The position numbers were made by a program, and so were the translations under genes. Below are positions 32,276 through 42,567 of a stretch of DNA of 64,000 nt, in pieces. The notes beneath the pieces were generated by a model. It was not told the origin of the DNA. It saw only the letters and a list, made by a program, of their open reading frames with translations, and searched no databases. Numbering within the stretch: the first letter of the stretch is position 1; every line of letters starts with the position of its first letter. This DNA comes from a virus (taxonomy: Duplodnaviria > Caudoviricetes), in the IMG/VR virus record IMGVR_UViG_3300032295_002982, positions 1 through 64,000 of that record; one strand, given 5' to 3'.

Positions 32276-33452
32276 CATTGTTTGTGATAAGATTGTAAAA
32301 AACCGGCCTTATCCAGCCATGGCAGTTCATCAGGCAAGACCACTCACCCAAGCCTGGCGACAGTTTGTACAGCATTGGCCACACACTGTACCGCTTGACC
32401 TCTACACTTACTGTGAATCACATCATTACCAGATGCATCTGTTTGATCTTGAATCATCGTGGCCAGAACATAGTTGGTATGCTGTGGCACTGGGCTGGTT
32501 TGACTTTGGCATTGATTATTTTGCAATACTGCCAGCTGTGGTAAAACAAGCAGTGCTGGATAAACGTTTACGCATACTGTTCTTCTATCACGAAGGTGAC
32601 AATCCTGCCAACATTAAATCTAGATTAGACCTATTGGCCAACATGCATCACATGCCTGACCAGTGTTATAGATTTGTCAGCGCAAACACAGCGGCTTCAA
32701 ACTTGGAAAACTTTGTTTATTTTCCACATCATGAATTGTTGTTTGCGGAAAGAAACCAACATCATGAACCCTTGCCTGTGATCACAGGCCCGCGTCGCTG
32801 GAAATTCACTGCACTGAATCGCACTCACAAATGGTGGCGTGCCACCATAATGGCAGACCTGCATGCTCGGCACATACTGGATCAAAGTTATTGGAGTTAT
32901 GGTGCTGTAGATACTCTACAGGAATCACGCATGGACAATCCGCTACAAGAAGATGTGCTACACATAAGATCACAAGTGGATCAATTTGTGCAACATGCAC
33001 CATATTTCTGCGATGACATGAGCACTGATCAGCACAACGATCACTCGGTAGTGTCTGCATCTGCGTTTCAAGACAGTTACATTCACATTGTGTTAGAAAC
33101 ACACTTTGATGCTGATCAAAGTCAGGGCACTTTTATCACAGAAAAAACTTTCAAGCCCATAAAACACGGACAACCTTTTGTGATTGCGGGCCCGGCAGGA
33201 TCTGTGCAAGAACTTCGTAGGTTGGGATATTACACCTTTGACTCAGTGATTGATCACAGCTACGACACAGTGCAAGACAACACTCAGCGTTGGTTGATGT
33301 TACGCGAAGAAATTGTGAGACTGTGCAGTGCAGATCTTGAATCAATATTTGCTCAGTGCATAGACCAGTGCATATATAATCAGACTCTGTTTGTGCGCAA
33401 TCGCAATGACAGATTACAACAGTTGGACGATCAAATCAATGACCGCAATTAA
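32265..33452 (+). CDS. GT-B/GT10-like putative glycosyltransferase, paralog 2
   Basis: LETH..FITEKTFKPI...PFV..GYYTFD..DHSYD. Confidence 0.6.
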   Translation: MAFNIVCDKIVKNRPYPAMAVHQARPLTQAWRQFVQHWPHTVPLDLYTYCESHHYQMHLFDLESSWPEHSWYAVALGWFDFGIDYFAILPAVVKQAVLDKRLRILFFYHEGDNPANIKSRLDLLANMHHMPDQCYRFVSANTAASNLENFVYFPHHELLFAERNQHHEPLPVITGPRRWKFTALNRTHKWWRATIMADLHARHILDQSYWSYGAVDTLQESRMDNPLQEDVLHIRSQVDQFVQHAPYFCDDMSTDQHNDHSVVSASAFQDSYIHIVLETHFDADQSQGTFITEKTFKPIKHGQPFVIAGPAGSVQELRRLGYYTFDSVIDHSYDTVQDNTQRWLMLREEIVRLCSADLESIFAQCIDQCIYNQTLFVRNRNDRLQQLDDQINDRN

Positions 33453-34476
33453 TTCTTATACATCTTGGCAGCCTCTGGAAGAAGTCATTGTGGGTCGTGC
33501 ATACTCACCTGACTATTTTGACTTCATTGAAAACAGTCAGGTTAGAAATCAACTACAACAAATCTTACATGAAACCGAACAAGATCTCGCTAATCTGGCG
33601 CGGACTATTGAAACATATGGTGCGCGGGTACGTAGACCAAACCTGCCCAACAGGGAACAATTCATCCGCGAACAAATTCACGGCCATGGTGCACCACTAC
33701 CGCCACTCACACCCAGAGATTGGCAAATCACACTAGGTGACAAGTTGTTGCGAGTGTTGCCCATGACAGAACTGGATGACATCTGCAGGGAATACGAACA
33801 ACAGCAGCCAGGTTCAGTGGTCAATCCACACGGATCAAGCTGGGATCCAGACTGTGTTCTCAACGGAGCCAGTGCCAGCTGCATAGTGCGTGTGGGCCGC
33901 GATGTGTTTTTTGACAACAGTGACTTCTTGCAACCCCAACAAAGTCGTTGGATCATTGACAATGTGTTGGGCCCTGAGTATCGCGTGCATGAAGCTGTGA
34001 CAGATGGTCACGGTGATGCTGTGTTTGCCATACTCAAGCCCGGTGTTATTCTTTCCAGCAAACACGATGTGAACTTGAACTTTGAACGTGACTTCCCTGG
34101 CTGGGAAGTTTGCAAAATCTGGGATAGTTCAATCTGGGCCGCCATGGAAGTTGGCAAATTCAAATACGAGCAAAGCCCTGGTGCCTGGTATGTGCAAGAC
34201 CAAACTCCCACACCTGAGTTCACAGACTTTGTAAATACCTATCTAACCAAGTGGACTGGATTTGTTGCTGAGACTGTGTTTGATGTTAACTGTCTGGTAC
34301 TGGACGAATCACATGTGATCTTCTCAGCATACAATCGTCAGGTGTTTGATTTTTGTAGACAGCATCAAATTGAACCCATCATATGTGAACTACGACACAG
34401 TTACTTCTGGGACGGCGGCATAAGTTGCTGTACACAAGACATACGCCGCCGGGGCGGTTTAGAAACCTATCTATAG
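33439..34476 (+). CDS. Amidinotransferase (glycine/inosamine-phosphate amidinotransferase family)
   Basis: WQPLEEVIVG, TPRD, GHGDAVF..L.PG, FDVNCL, RHSYFWDGGISCCTQD..R. Confidence 0.85.
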   Translation: MTAINSYTSWQPLEEVIVGRAYSPDYFDFIENSQVRNQLQQILHETEQDLANLARTIETYGARVRRPNLPNREQFIREQIHGHGAPLPPLTPRDWQITLGDKLLRVLPMTELDDICREYEQQQPGSVVNPHGSSWDPDCVLNGASASCIVRVGRDVFFDNSDFLQPQQSRWIIDNVLGPEYRVHEAVTDGHGDAVFAILKPGVILSSKHDVNLNFERDFPGWEVCKIWDSSIWAAMEVGKFKYEQSPGAWYVQDQTPTPEFTDFVNTYLTKWTGFVAETVFDVNCLVLDESHVIFSAYNRQVFDFCRQHQIEPIICELRHSYFWDGGISCCTQDIRRRGGLETYL

Positions 34477-35232
34477 ATCTCTGTCAATCACATGATTGTG
34501 CATGATATCTTCCACAGTGCGTTTGCGAACATGTTTGTTGGGTTCGCCTAGCACAACAATAATATACTCCTGACTGTTGGTTTTGGCCAACATGGCCACA
34601 CAGTAACCAGCCGCTGAGGTGAAGCCGGTTTTGCTGACTTCAATTATGTCAAACTCCATGAGAATTTTTTGATTGGTATTCTGCAACAGAATCTTGCGCA
34701 CTCGTTTTTTGTGCTTGGCTTCAATCATCATTTGCTTTTGATGACTGAGCTGGCGAATCACAGTGTAACGCCCTGCGGCTGCTACTATGCGTCCAACTTC
34801 TTCTGCGGTGCTGACATTGCCGTGGCTGAGTCCGCTGGGATCATTGAAGTTGGTAAACACCAATCCTAGATCCCGAGCTTTGCGATTCATGGCTGCCATG
34901 AATGCGGTACGACCTCCCGGATAATCAGCTGCAATGGCTTCGGCTGCACTGTTGTCACTGCGGATCAACATAGCAGCCATCATGTCTTTGCGACTGGTCC
35001 ATTTTGTTTTGCGGCCATTCGCCATGGGCACACGAGCATAGATATTGCTGTTGTAATCAAGACTGACCATGGCAGTCATCAACTTGCTGATGCTGGCAAT
35101 GGGTCTAGTGACACCTGATGATTCAGCCACAATGATTTGCTGTGTGCTGGTGTTTTGAACCCAAAGAGAAACGTCACGGCAAAGGCCAGGCACTGCTGCC
35201 ACAAGCAGCAGTATAAAAATAATTTTCTTCAT
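34471..35232 (-). CDS. Peptidase S11 (D-Ala-D-Ala carboxy/endopeptidase, PBP7-like)
   Basis: Signal peptide, ASISK (SxxK), SDN, DPSGL, SKTGFT. Confidence 0.9.
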   Translation of the reverse strand: MKKIIFILLLVAAVPGLCRDVSLWVQNTSTQQIIVAESSGVTRPIASISKLMTAMVSLDYNSNIYARVPMANGRKTKWTSRKDMMAAMLIRSDNSAAEAIAADYPGGRTAFMAAMNRKARDLGLVFTNFNDPSGLSHGNVSTAEEVGRIVAAAGRYTVIRQLSHQKQMMIEAKHKKRVRKILLQNTNQKILMEFDIIEVSKTGFTSAAGYCVAMLAKTNSQEYIIVVLGEPNKHVRKRTVEDIMHNHVIDRDL

Positions 35233-36710
35233 GACAGAACCGGTATGTTGTAGAGTTGTTGAAAGCGATCTGCGTCGCTGCGATTGTTGACCATGGGTTC
35301 TCCTTTGATGTTCAGACTAGTATTTAACAACATAGGACAACCAGTAAGCACGTACCATTTTTCTAGCAGTTCTCGTATGCCCGAACCATCTTTAGGTACA
35401 GTCTGTACTCGGCTGGTGCCATCAACATGACATACAGCAGGATACAGATCAGGCCGCCGACAGCGAGCGACTGACTGCATGTAACGGCTATGGCTCCAGC
35501 CAGGGCTGAAATCAAAATACTGATCAGCCATTTCTTCAAGAACCACTGGAGCGAAGGGTCTGAATTTTTGTCTACGTTTGATTGCATTTACACGATCCTT
35601 GATATCTGGACCTCGGGGATCTGCCAAGAGACTGCGGTTCCCCAGAGCACGTGGACCAAACTCAGCACGGCCAGAAGCAACACCAACAATATCACCAACC
35701 ACAAGGTGATCAAGTAAGGGTCCAACCGGATACGGTCCTGAAATATCGTGACCAAGATAAGCATTGCGCCAATTAAGGCGACGCCCATATTGAAGTGCGG
35801 CAGCACCAAGGCTGCTACCAGCATCACCAGGATTAGGCATAATCCAAATGTTTTCAAAATATTCTCCTAGGTTTCTATTGGCAAGACAGTTTAATGCCAC
35901 GCCACCCATGTATACAAGATTTGTGCTGAAGTCAAAAGACTGAGCTCGCTTCATGATCTGTGCTATCAGACGTTCTAACAGTGTTTGGGCCGACGCTGCG
36001 GTGTCAAAGCGATCAAGTGAAATGTTTTCCCAGTTGGACAATCCAACATGCAAATTTTCGCGGAAAGTACAATTTTCCATGCTGTCTATCAACAATCTCT
36101 GTAGACTGCTGGCATAATATTGTTTGCCATAAGCTGCCATGCCCATGGTGATGTATTCGTCCTCGTTGGGTTTGAGTCCCACACTCTTGGTCATTGCACT
36201 ATAGAACAATCCTAGACTGTGTGGATAACGTTGACTCCACAGTCGCTGATATTGTGCATGTCCTCTGCTGTCGTATTCTGCGCCCCAGACTGTAATAGTA
36301 TCCCATTCACCAATAGCGTCAACAACTACCACTGTGGCACGATCATAAGGACTGGTCTGAAACCCTGCTGCTGCGTGACTGAGATGATGACAGTGTGTGC
36401 TGTAACTTGTGCTAGATATGCGTGATCCCAGTTGTTCAGCCAAAATCTTTTTGGTTTGCAGTCGCTTCCATTCAATGCCTTCACCACTGTAGAATCTACG
36501 CAGTTGTTTTTTCCAGGGAGTTTCGTAATAGGCCACATGATCTATGACACAGTGATTCATGACATCATTTAACAATGCATCACAGATGTTGGCGTCATTT
36601 TTTATGCCCGAGTATCGTTCGCTGTGAGCAGCAAACACAATGTCTCCGTGACGGTTTACCACTGCGGCAGCAGCGTCATGAAAACCGGCACTGATACCCA
36701 GGATGTTCAT
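35229..36710 (-). CDS. O-carbamoyltransferase (NodU/CmcH/TobZ family)
   Basis: LGIS.GFHDAAA, HH.SHAA, DAIGE, GGVALNC, EFGPRALGNRS, RQKFRPFAP, LLNTSLN. Confidence 0.95.
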   Translation of the reverse strand: MNILGISAGFHDAAAAVVNRHGDIVFAAHSERYSGIKNDANICDALLNDVMNHCVIDHVAYYETPWKKQLRRFYSGEGIEWKRLQTKKILAEQLGSRISSTSYSTHCHHLSHAAAGFQTSPYDRATVVVVDAIGEWDTITVWGAEYDSRGHAQYQRLWSQRYPHSLGLFYSAMTKSVGLKPNEDEYITMGMAAYGKQYYASSLQRLLIDSMENCTFRENLHVGLSNWENISLDRFDTAASAQTLLERLIAQIMKRAQSFDFSTNLVYMGGVALNCLANRNLGEYFENIWIMPNPGDAGSSLGAAALQYGRRLNWRNAYLGHDISGPYPVGPLLDHLVVGDIVGVASGRAEFGPRALGNRSLLADPRGPDIKDRVNAIKRRQKFRPFAPVVLEEMADQYFDFSPGWSHSRYMQSVARCRRPDLYPAVCHVDGTSRVQTVPKDGSGIRELLEKWYVLTGCPMLLNTSLNIKGEPMVNNRSDADRFQQLYNIPVLS

Positions 36711-36805
36711 TTGTAAATGAACGGATCTCGCTTGCGAAGCTCTCGCAGTTTGCGTCGATATCTAATTTCCAACATAATTCTATTCCAAAGTTTACGCAAC
36801 CACAT
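36707..36805 (-). CDS. Small basic protein (32 aa, MWLRKLWNRIMLEIRYRRKLRELRKRDPFIYK)
   Basis: Hand-translated; TGA overlaps the carbamoyltransferase ATG. Confidence 0.65.
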   Translation of the reverse strand: MWLRKLWNRIMLEIRYRRKLRELRKRDPFIYK

Positions 36806-37889
36806 ATTTTTCTCCTCTCAAAGCTGCACACTGCTGATCAATATAATCCGTGTCCTGCCAACAGTAATCAAACACACAAGATGCTGAACTGGTTGTGATG
36901 CGATACACATCCATGTGCTTGGCTACCATAGGCCAAACACGCTGCCACAATGTGGAGCCAAATGTACGTTCAAGATCTACCTGACCCACCTGTGGATGTC
37001 CGATGGTGAGACTTTTGTCTTCGGGGTCAAAACCATTGGCAATCAACCAGGACCGGAATTTAGCAAGGTGTTCTTGCTGCCAAAAAAACTGACCAGGGTT
37101 GTTGCTCCATTCAATATCAAAATCTCCCGCAGCTTCTGACTGACTGTGCAAGGCCGATGTTGTTAGTTCGTCAATGCGTGATTGATTGCCTTCGTCATTG
37201 AACACTTCCCAGTGATGCTTGCCCACAGCCTTGTTCACACCCACATAAACTCCACCCAAGGGACGATTGATAGTTTCAACACCAAACAGTTCATGATCTT
37301 CCGGTTCCAAGGCAAATCTTGGTGCATTGAGCCAACACATCAGTTGACTGGGGCGTCGCCATTCTGGTGTATCTATTTTCCTAAGACTTAGTATGAGACT
37401 TTCGTATTCATGGCACAACAGATTGAGTTGTCGGATATACCATCGAGTGTGCGAATCTGCTTGATTGTAGTATTCACTCATGCGGCCACTGCGGCCTTGC
37501 AAATCTTCAAAGTAACGGTGCAACTGATTGAACTTTTCTCTCACTGCTAGGCCGCCGGCCTGATATGCACCCATGGGTCCAGAGGTAATGGTGTTGTCTG
37601 GCGTGAAGTGATCGTTGATTTGATAACCCAACTTGGCAGCATTGATTCGTTCAATTGCTGTGTTGATCTGTTCACAAAGGAATCGGGGATCGCGGGCACT
37701 TTCAATCCATCCCAACCAACAATAGTTTTTTTCCAGATGATATTGATCCGTTAACAAATGATCAAGAGCCTTGATCCACTTGCGACTGAGACTGTTGTCA
37801 AACACATTGATGTAGACATCAAACAGTTCGTCCTGTGGTGATCTCAGTGTGATGACGATTTCATCAAGCAATTTGTTGCCACCAATCAT
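36792..37889 (-). CDS. Hypothetical protein
   Basis: Long ORF in the operon; no motif recognised. Confidence 0.75.
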   Translation of the reverse strand: MIGGNKLLDEIVITLRSPQDELFDVYINVFDNSLSRKWIKALDHLLTDQYHLEKNYCWLGWIESARDPRFLCEQINTAIERINAAKLGYQINDHFTPDNTITSGPMGAYQAGGLAVREKFNQLHRYFEDLQGRSGRMSEYYNQADSHTRWYIRQLNLLCHEYESLILSLRKIDTPEWRRPSQLMCWLNAPRFALEPEDHELFGVETINRPLGGVYVGVNKAVGKHHWEVFNDEGNQSRIDELTTSALHSQSEAAGDFDIEWSNNPGQFFWQQEHLAKFRSWLIANGFDPEDKSLTIGHPQVGQVDLERTFGSTLWQRVWPMVAKHMDVYRITTSSASCVFDYCWQDTDYIDQQCAALRGEKYVVA

Positions 37890-39156
37890 GTATGTTTGCG
37901 TCCTGTTCTAGTATGTGTTGCATGGTAAAAGCGTCGCCACGTATCTGTTCCAATTTTAACACACGTTGCTTGCCGCGAGCAATGGCTTCGGCGTAATCAG
38001 CCGGCCAAGATTCTTGAAAGGTGGGCCGTTGCAGCAATTGTGTGATGAGATCACGCATGCTGGAAGTTTGCACTTGGTTCAAAAGTTTTTCTAACACAGG
38101 ATGCAAAATTGATCTTGGCAAAGCCAAGGGACTCATCACAATGTCAGGTGTGAAACTGAAAACAACCTTGGTGAGCAAATCACAATCAAACTGTTGAGCC
38201 AGACGTTCAATGTTCACAATTTCAAACAGTCCAGGCAAGGTCAATGTAAAATCCAGGCGCATCTGCCGACGATGTGTCTGGATCTGCAGACCCTGTTCAA
38301 AGTTGTTCAAGAATTCTTGGTAGCGGAGTCCGGTTCGGATGTATTCTCCGGTGGCTCCTGTCCCATCCAGGCTTGCACATATTTGCCAGTCCCGAATATT
38401 TGACAAAATATCACGATAAAGATTGACACTGCGATGCTGAATCCTAGAAAGATTAGTATTATACCTAGCATATAGTTTTCCCCCATCACCCAATTCAACT
38501 ATGCGGCTCATGTAGCGCCAGTGTTGTTCGTACATCAAGGGTTCGCCGCCAACCCAGTACACTTCTTCTACGCGATGTTGCTCAACTGCTTCAGCAAACT
38601 CTTGTTCTACTTGTTTATCCTGAAACTGTTGTATTTGCGATTTAACTTCGGGTTTCATCCAGTGATTTTTGGCATTGGTCCAGTCAATCATGTTGTGTTG
38701 GCGCTGTTCACTTTCCCAACTTGAACTCAGCATGTCGCCGCAGGTTCGGCATTTGAAGTTGCAGAGATTACTGAACCTATAGTCCCATGACACAGGCAGC
38801 AAACTTGTGGCACCGTCAGCATCAGTGTTAGCGTATATTTCATCTATCTTGTGACGAAACAGATGTAAAAAATAATCACGATACACAGAGGTATTCAACA
38901 GTTTGTCATTGCACACTTCGCACTCTGGCAATGTTTCCCCAGCCATCATGCGACGACGCACACTGCGCATGTGGTCACTGTTCCAATGCTGGTCAAGTGT
39001 GATAGGAATGTAGTTGCCAGTGCCTGTTGCAGTGTCAATGTACTGACGAAAGTTCTGCGCAGGTTCTCTGCTGGCACAACACATTCGTCGTTCGGTCTGA
39101 GGACTGAGATAAGTGTGTGTCCAGGGCGCGGGACAGAATGAACTAGGTGGCTGCAT
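37864..39156 (-). CDS. Radical SAM protein with N-terminal SPASM/twitch domain (1)
   Basis: CPAPW..CC, CEVC, CNFKCRTC, GGEPL. Confidence 0.9.
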   Translation of the reverse strand: MQPPSSFCPAPWTHTYLSPQTERRMCCASREPAQNFRQYIDTATGTGNYIPITLDQHWNSDHMRSVRRRMMAGETLPECEVCNDKLLNTSVYRDYFLHLFRHKIDEIYANTDADGATSLLPVSWDYRFSNLCNFKCRTCGDMLSSSWESEQRQHNMIDWTNAKNHWMKPEVKSQIQQFQDKQVEQEFAEAVEQHRVEEVYWVGGEPLMYEQHWRYMSRIVELGDGGKLYARYNTNLSRIQHRSVNLYRDILSNIRDWQICASLDGTGATGEYIRTGLRYQEFLNNFEQGLQIQTHRRQMRLDFTLTLPGLFEIVNIERLAQQFDCDLLTKVVFSFTPDIVMSPLALPRSILHPVLEKLLNQVQTSSMRDLITQLLQRPTFQESWPADYAEAIARGKQRVLKLEQIRGDAFTMQHILEQDANIHDWWQQIA

Positions 39157-39745
39157 TTATCAAATCAAAGTAATAATTGGCTATACGTTCATGGATGTGA
39201 GATTCCACAATGTGATAGTATGGTCGCAACACTCGATTGGGGCAATAATCCCACACACAGATTTCACTGCGCCAGGCATTGTACTTGTGAAAATAACCAC
39301 CAGTGCCACCAAAACTTGCATGTTCAAATCCGCCCTGATCAAACACAAAACGTTGACCGCGATCAACTAGCCGTTGTAGTGTTGCTTCAATTATGCATTG
39401 ATTTTCAGATATTGCGATGTCAAGATCAAAAAATTCTTGAAAATAGGCACGCAACAAAATTAAACTGTTGTCATCAAGTCCTGTGGAGTCATCAAGGCTG
39501 TGCCAACTCATTGGCACAATTCTTTTCTTTCTGCGGATCTGTGTGCGAGTGCTGGCCGTAAACAACACTATCACAAAGTCTGCTTCTGTTGCTTTGTCAA
39601 CCTGTTGAGATATAACCAGATTACTGGCGCATCGTTCAGCTAGGTTTATAACAGGCTTTCCTAGTTTTTGTTCTATAATCTCCACCCACATTGGACCAAA
39701 GTCAGGATCAGGCACTGCAAAACTGTCTCCACAAATGTATATCAT
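39143..39745 (-). CDS. SGNH/GDSL-like hypothetical protein
   Basis: IYICGDSF, NLA..CASN, C-terminal YH. Confidence 0.55.
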   Translation of the reverse strand: MIYICGDSFAVPDPDFGPMWVEIIEQKLGKPVINLAERCASNLVISQQVDKATEADFVIVLFTASTRTQIRRKKRIVPMSWHSLDDSTGLDDNSLILLRAYFQEFFDLDIAISENQCIIEATLQRLVDRGQRFVFDQGGFEHASFGGTGGYFHKYNAWRSEICVWDYCPNRVLRPYYHIVESHIHERIANYYFDLINAAT

Positions 39746-40407
39746 TGCAAATATTTCTCCATGGCTTCAAAAATTTGCTGTTTGGTATAACACCAAGGCT
39801 CAAGGTTGTAGTTTAGACTGTGTTGTGCAAAATTAATGATCGGGCTGGGACAAAATCGTTGCAGCAATTCTTGATTTTGAATTGGCTCGCTCACGATGTT
39901 TGCAATTTGTCCAGGTTGCGCCCAGTCTATTAATCTTGACAAATCATCAAGCAAACACCACTGCTGCCAAGCGCCTGCATTGACAAAATTTAAAAATTGT
40001 TGATGTTTGATATCAAACAGCAAATTTTTCTTTATAGCTGCGCCCACCAGACTTGACAGCCTAAACACTGTGATATCGCAAATTTCACGCAATTCATGTT
40101 CAAGACGTAGACGATTACGTCCGTAAGGTGTGTTGGACATGACCACAGCATCTACACTGCTGAATAAAATCACTCTGGCACATTTGCTGCGTTGTACAGC
40201 GGTGACAATTTGTGTGACGTCTTGATCATCTTGCGCACTGTTATTATTGATGGCTAAACGATTTCCTGACGGGGCTGCTATCACAATAGATTCAAAATGA
40301 TTGGGCAACAATAAATCAAGATTGTCACGATTGAACACTGATTCAAAATCAATGCGTGGCAATAAACTTTGACCCACAACGCCGTGGCTACCAATCAAGG
40401 CTTTCAT
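39742..40407 (-). CDS. NAD(P)-binding epimerase-like protein
   Basis: IGSHGVVG Rossmann motif, YG.NR..LE, RLSSLVG. Confidence 0.75.
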   Translation of the reverse strand: MKALIGSHGVVGQSLLPRIDFESVFNRDNLDLLLPNHFESIVIAAPSGNRLAINNNSAQDDQDVTQIVTAVQRSKCARVILFSSVDAVVMSNTPYGRNRLRLEHELREICDITVFRLSSLVGAAIKKNLLFDIKHQQFLNFVNAGAWQQWCLLDDLSRLIDWAQPGQIANIVSEPIQNQELLQRFCPSPIINFAQHSLNYNLEPWCYTKQQIFEAMEKYLQ

Positions 40408-41360
40408 TGCGATTCTACAAAATTGGTTATGACATTCACGATGTTTCTTTCAAATCTTTTGGTAACACGCACATCGTCCCAAAACACTGAATGATTGTGC
40501 TTAACAATGTCTTTCACAGTGGGTGTTTGTAGCACAGATCCAGAATGCATGAATTCCTCAAAGAGACTAGATACTGTGTCCAACACTGCTTGTTGTCTAC
40601 GACGTGTTTGAGCAATAGAATCGTAAGTTTCATCTAAGACCAAGCCAAATGTTTCAAAACCAAGAGACTTTAGATATCGCAGATTATGCATGGTGCCTTG
40701 GATCACAAATGGATGTTCTAAAGCCAAGGGTTTAAAACTTTTTTCGCTCACAAACAACGCCGAGCTACCATAGCCCATACCTAGGGCATCAACAGTGCTT
40801 TCACTTACCAAACTAAAACAAGTTTCGCTGTACCATCTTGGAACATATAATAAATCATTGGCAGTTCCGTGGTGATTTGGATGTTGTATAAAAACATCAT
40901 CCTGGATGTGATGTCCTCGTTCAACATAGCTCCAAATTGATGTTGATAGGTACGGTGATGTTTGATCTAATAACCAATCTCTATGGTCACGAGCTAGATT
41001 CATCAACAGCAAGAAAAACTTGTCAGGCACAGATTCTGATCTAGTCTGGTAATCTTGTTTGAATACCCATTGACTGTTTATCCACATCCAATCAGCACCT
41101 TGCAATGTTAATTCTGTTCCGCTATTCTCACAGGGATCTAAAGGGCCACTGTCAAACAAATGATCATTGATCAAGGGCAACTGATATTGCCGATAGTGTT
41201 CAATGTCAGTGTAATAGGCTATGATTGCAGTGCGACCGTCGTTGACCAGGTATTCTGGTGCAAAATCTACCAGTTCAAAGTACCGTTCCCAATGAAACCT
41301 TTGATAAGGCAGTGTGGGACTACTACCTGGTGCACACACAAGACGTATCTTAGAAGGCAT
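40404..41360 (-). CDS. GT-B/GT10-like putative glycosyltransferase, paralog 3
   Basis: FSLVSES..FVSEKSFKPL...PFV..GFETF..DETYD; start set at MPSK. Confidence 0.6.
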   Translation of the reverse strand: MPSKIRLVCAPGSSPTLPYQRFHWERYFELVDFAPEYLVNDGRTAIIAYYTDIEHYRQYQLPLINDHLFDSGPLDPCENSGTELTLQGADWMWINSQWVFKQDYQTRSESVPDKFFLLLMNLARDHRDWLLDQTSPYLSTSIWSYVERGHHIQDDVFIQHPNHHGTANDLLYVPRWYSETCFSLVSESTVDALGMGYGSSALFVSEKSFKPLALEHPFVIQGTMHNLRYLKSLGFETFGLVLDETYDSIAQTRRRQQAVLDTVSSLFEEFMHSGSVLQTPTVKDIVKHNHSVFWDDVRVTKRFERNIVNVITNFVESQ

Positions 41361-42567
41361 TTTTATTGTATGCCAACAGCGAAGCCATTTCAGGACTGCT
41401 TGATGCAAAATCTTGTTGACGTTTGCGATCAAGGTCTGCTATTTTCATTTGGGTCATGAAACCATCAGTACTGGCTCCGCGCTGCATGAAATCTACCACG
41501 CTGTTTATATCGTTGCGATACTGATTGGGAATATTGGCCTGAGTCAAATAATCTGCCACTGCGGCCTTGACAGTGTCTGGCAGACAGGCCACACTAAAAT
41601 ACCATGCATCGTGCAGCACGTTCCAATACACAAAATCAAAACCCTGTTGGCTCAACCACTGTGCCACAGTGTCAATATACCTAACGTTGAACACGTTCAC
41701 AGTGGTGCAGGCCTGTAACTGAATATTGCTGTGTTGATCACGAAGCAGTTTAAATCGTGCCACGTTATCAACCACTTCTGACCATACTGCGTTGCTGCGT
41801 TGGTATTCAAATCTTGTGCCAACGTCATCAATGCTGAAGGCAATTTCCACGGTTTTGAAATGCTGCCATATTTCAATGGCTTCGTCAGGGTAGGTTGTGC
41901 CGTTGGTGTTGTAGTGTATTTCCACCTGATGTGCTATACCGCGTTTGACGATGCCGCGCAACATTTCAAAGTGTTCGCGAATCAAAAATGGTTCACCACC
42001 AGTGAATTCAATATAACGAATCTGATCAAGATGCTGATCAATTTCATTCCAAAATTGAGTGTTTTCTCTAGGCCAAGCACCGGCTCGTAACATCTGATAA
42101 GAATAACTTTGCCGTTGTTCTTCACGATTCATGAACTGAAGTTCTTCACTGGCAGACTGTGAACTTGACCAGGGTCCGCAGATTCTACATTTGAGATTGC
42201 AAATGTTTCCCAGTTTTAGATCCAAGAACAGCAATGGTTTGGCATCCAGTGTCCACTCTGTGTGTGGCACAACGTGTTTGAGTCGATCCAGGGTGTGCAT
42301 GCGTTTGCTGGTACGGCCAGCACGTTCTTCGTTCCAGCACTTTCTGCAAGTTTGTGGTTGCTGTCCATCAATGAACTGCTGTCGCAGATTCCGCATGTAA
42401 TCACTGTTTTGAATATCACCAAATTGTGACTGTTTTAGATCAAATTTTTTACCTTGGCCGTCTACAATTTCATCGTCGGCCAGACAACAAGGGCGCACAG
42501 TGCCAATTGGCGAAGCTTCAAGGCTGACCCAGGGTAAAACGCAGAATTTATCGTGTGGTATTTTCAT
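41350..42567 (-). CDS. Radical SAM protein with N-terminal SPASM/twitch domain (2)
   Basis: CVLPW..PCC, CRKC, CNLKCRIC, GGEPF. Confidence 0.92.
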   Translation of the reverse strand: MKIPHDKFCVLPWVSLEASPIGTVRPCCLADDEIVDGQGKKFDLKQSQFGDIQNSDYMRNLRQQFIDGQQPQTCRKCWNEERAGRTSKRMHTLDRLKHVVPHTEWTLDAKPLLFLDLKLGNICNLKCRICGPWSSSQSASEELQFMNREEQRQSYSYQMLRAGAWPRENTQFWNEIDQHLDQIRYIEFTGGEPFLIREHFEMLRGIVKRGIAHQVEIHYNTNGTTYPDEAIEIWQHFKTVEIAFSIDDVGTRFEYQRSNAVWSEVVDNVARFKLLRDQHSNIQLQACTTVNVFNVRYIDTVAQWLSQQGFDFVYWNVLHDAWYFSVACLPDTVKAAVADYLTQANIPNQYRNDINSVVDFMQRGASTDGFMTQMKIADLDRKRQQDFASSSPEMASLLAYNKNAF

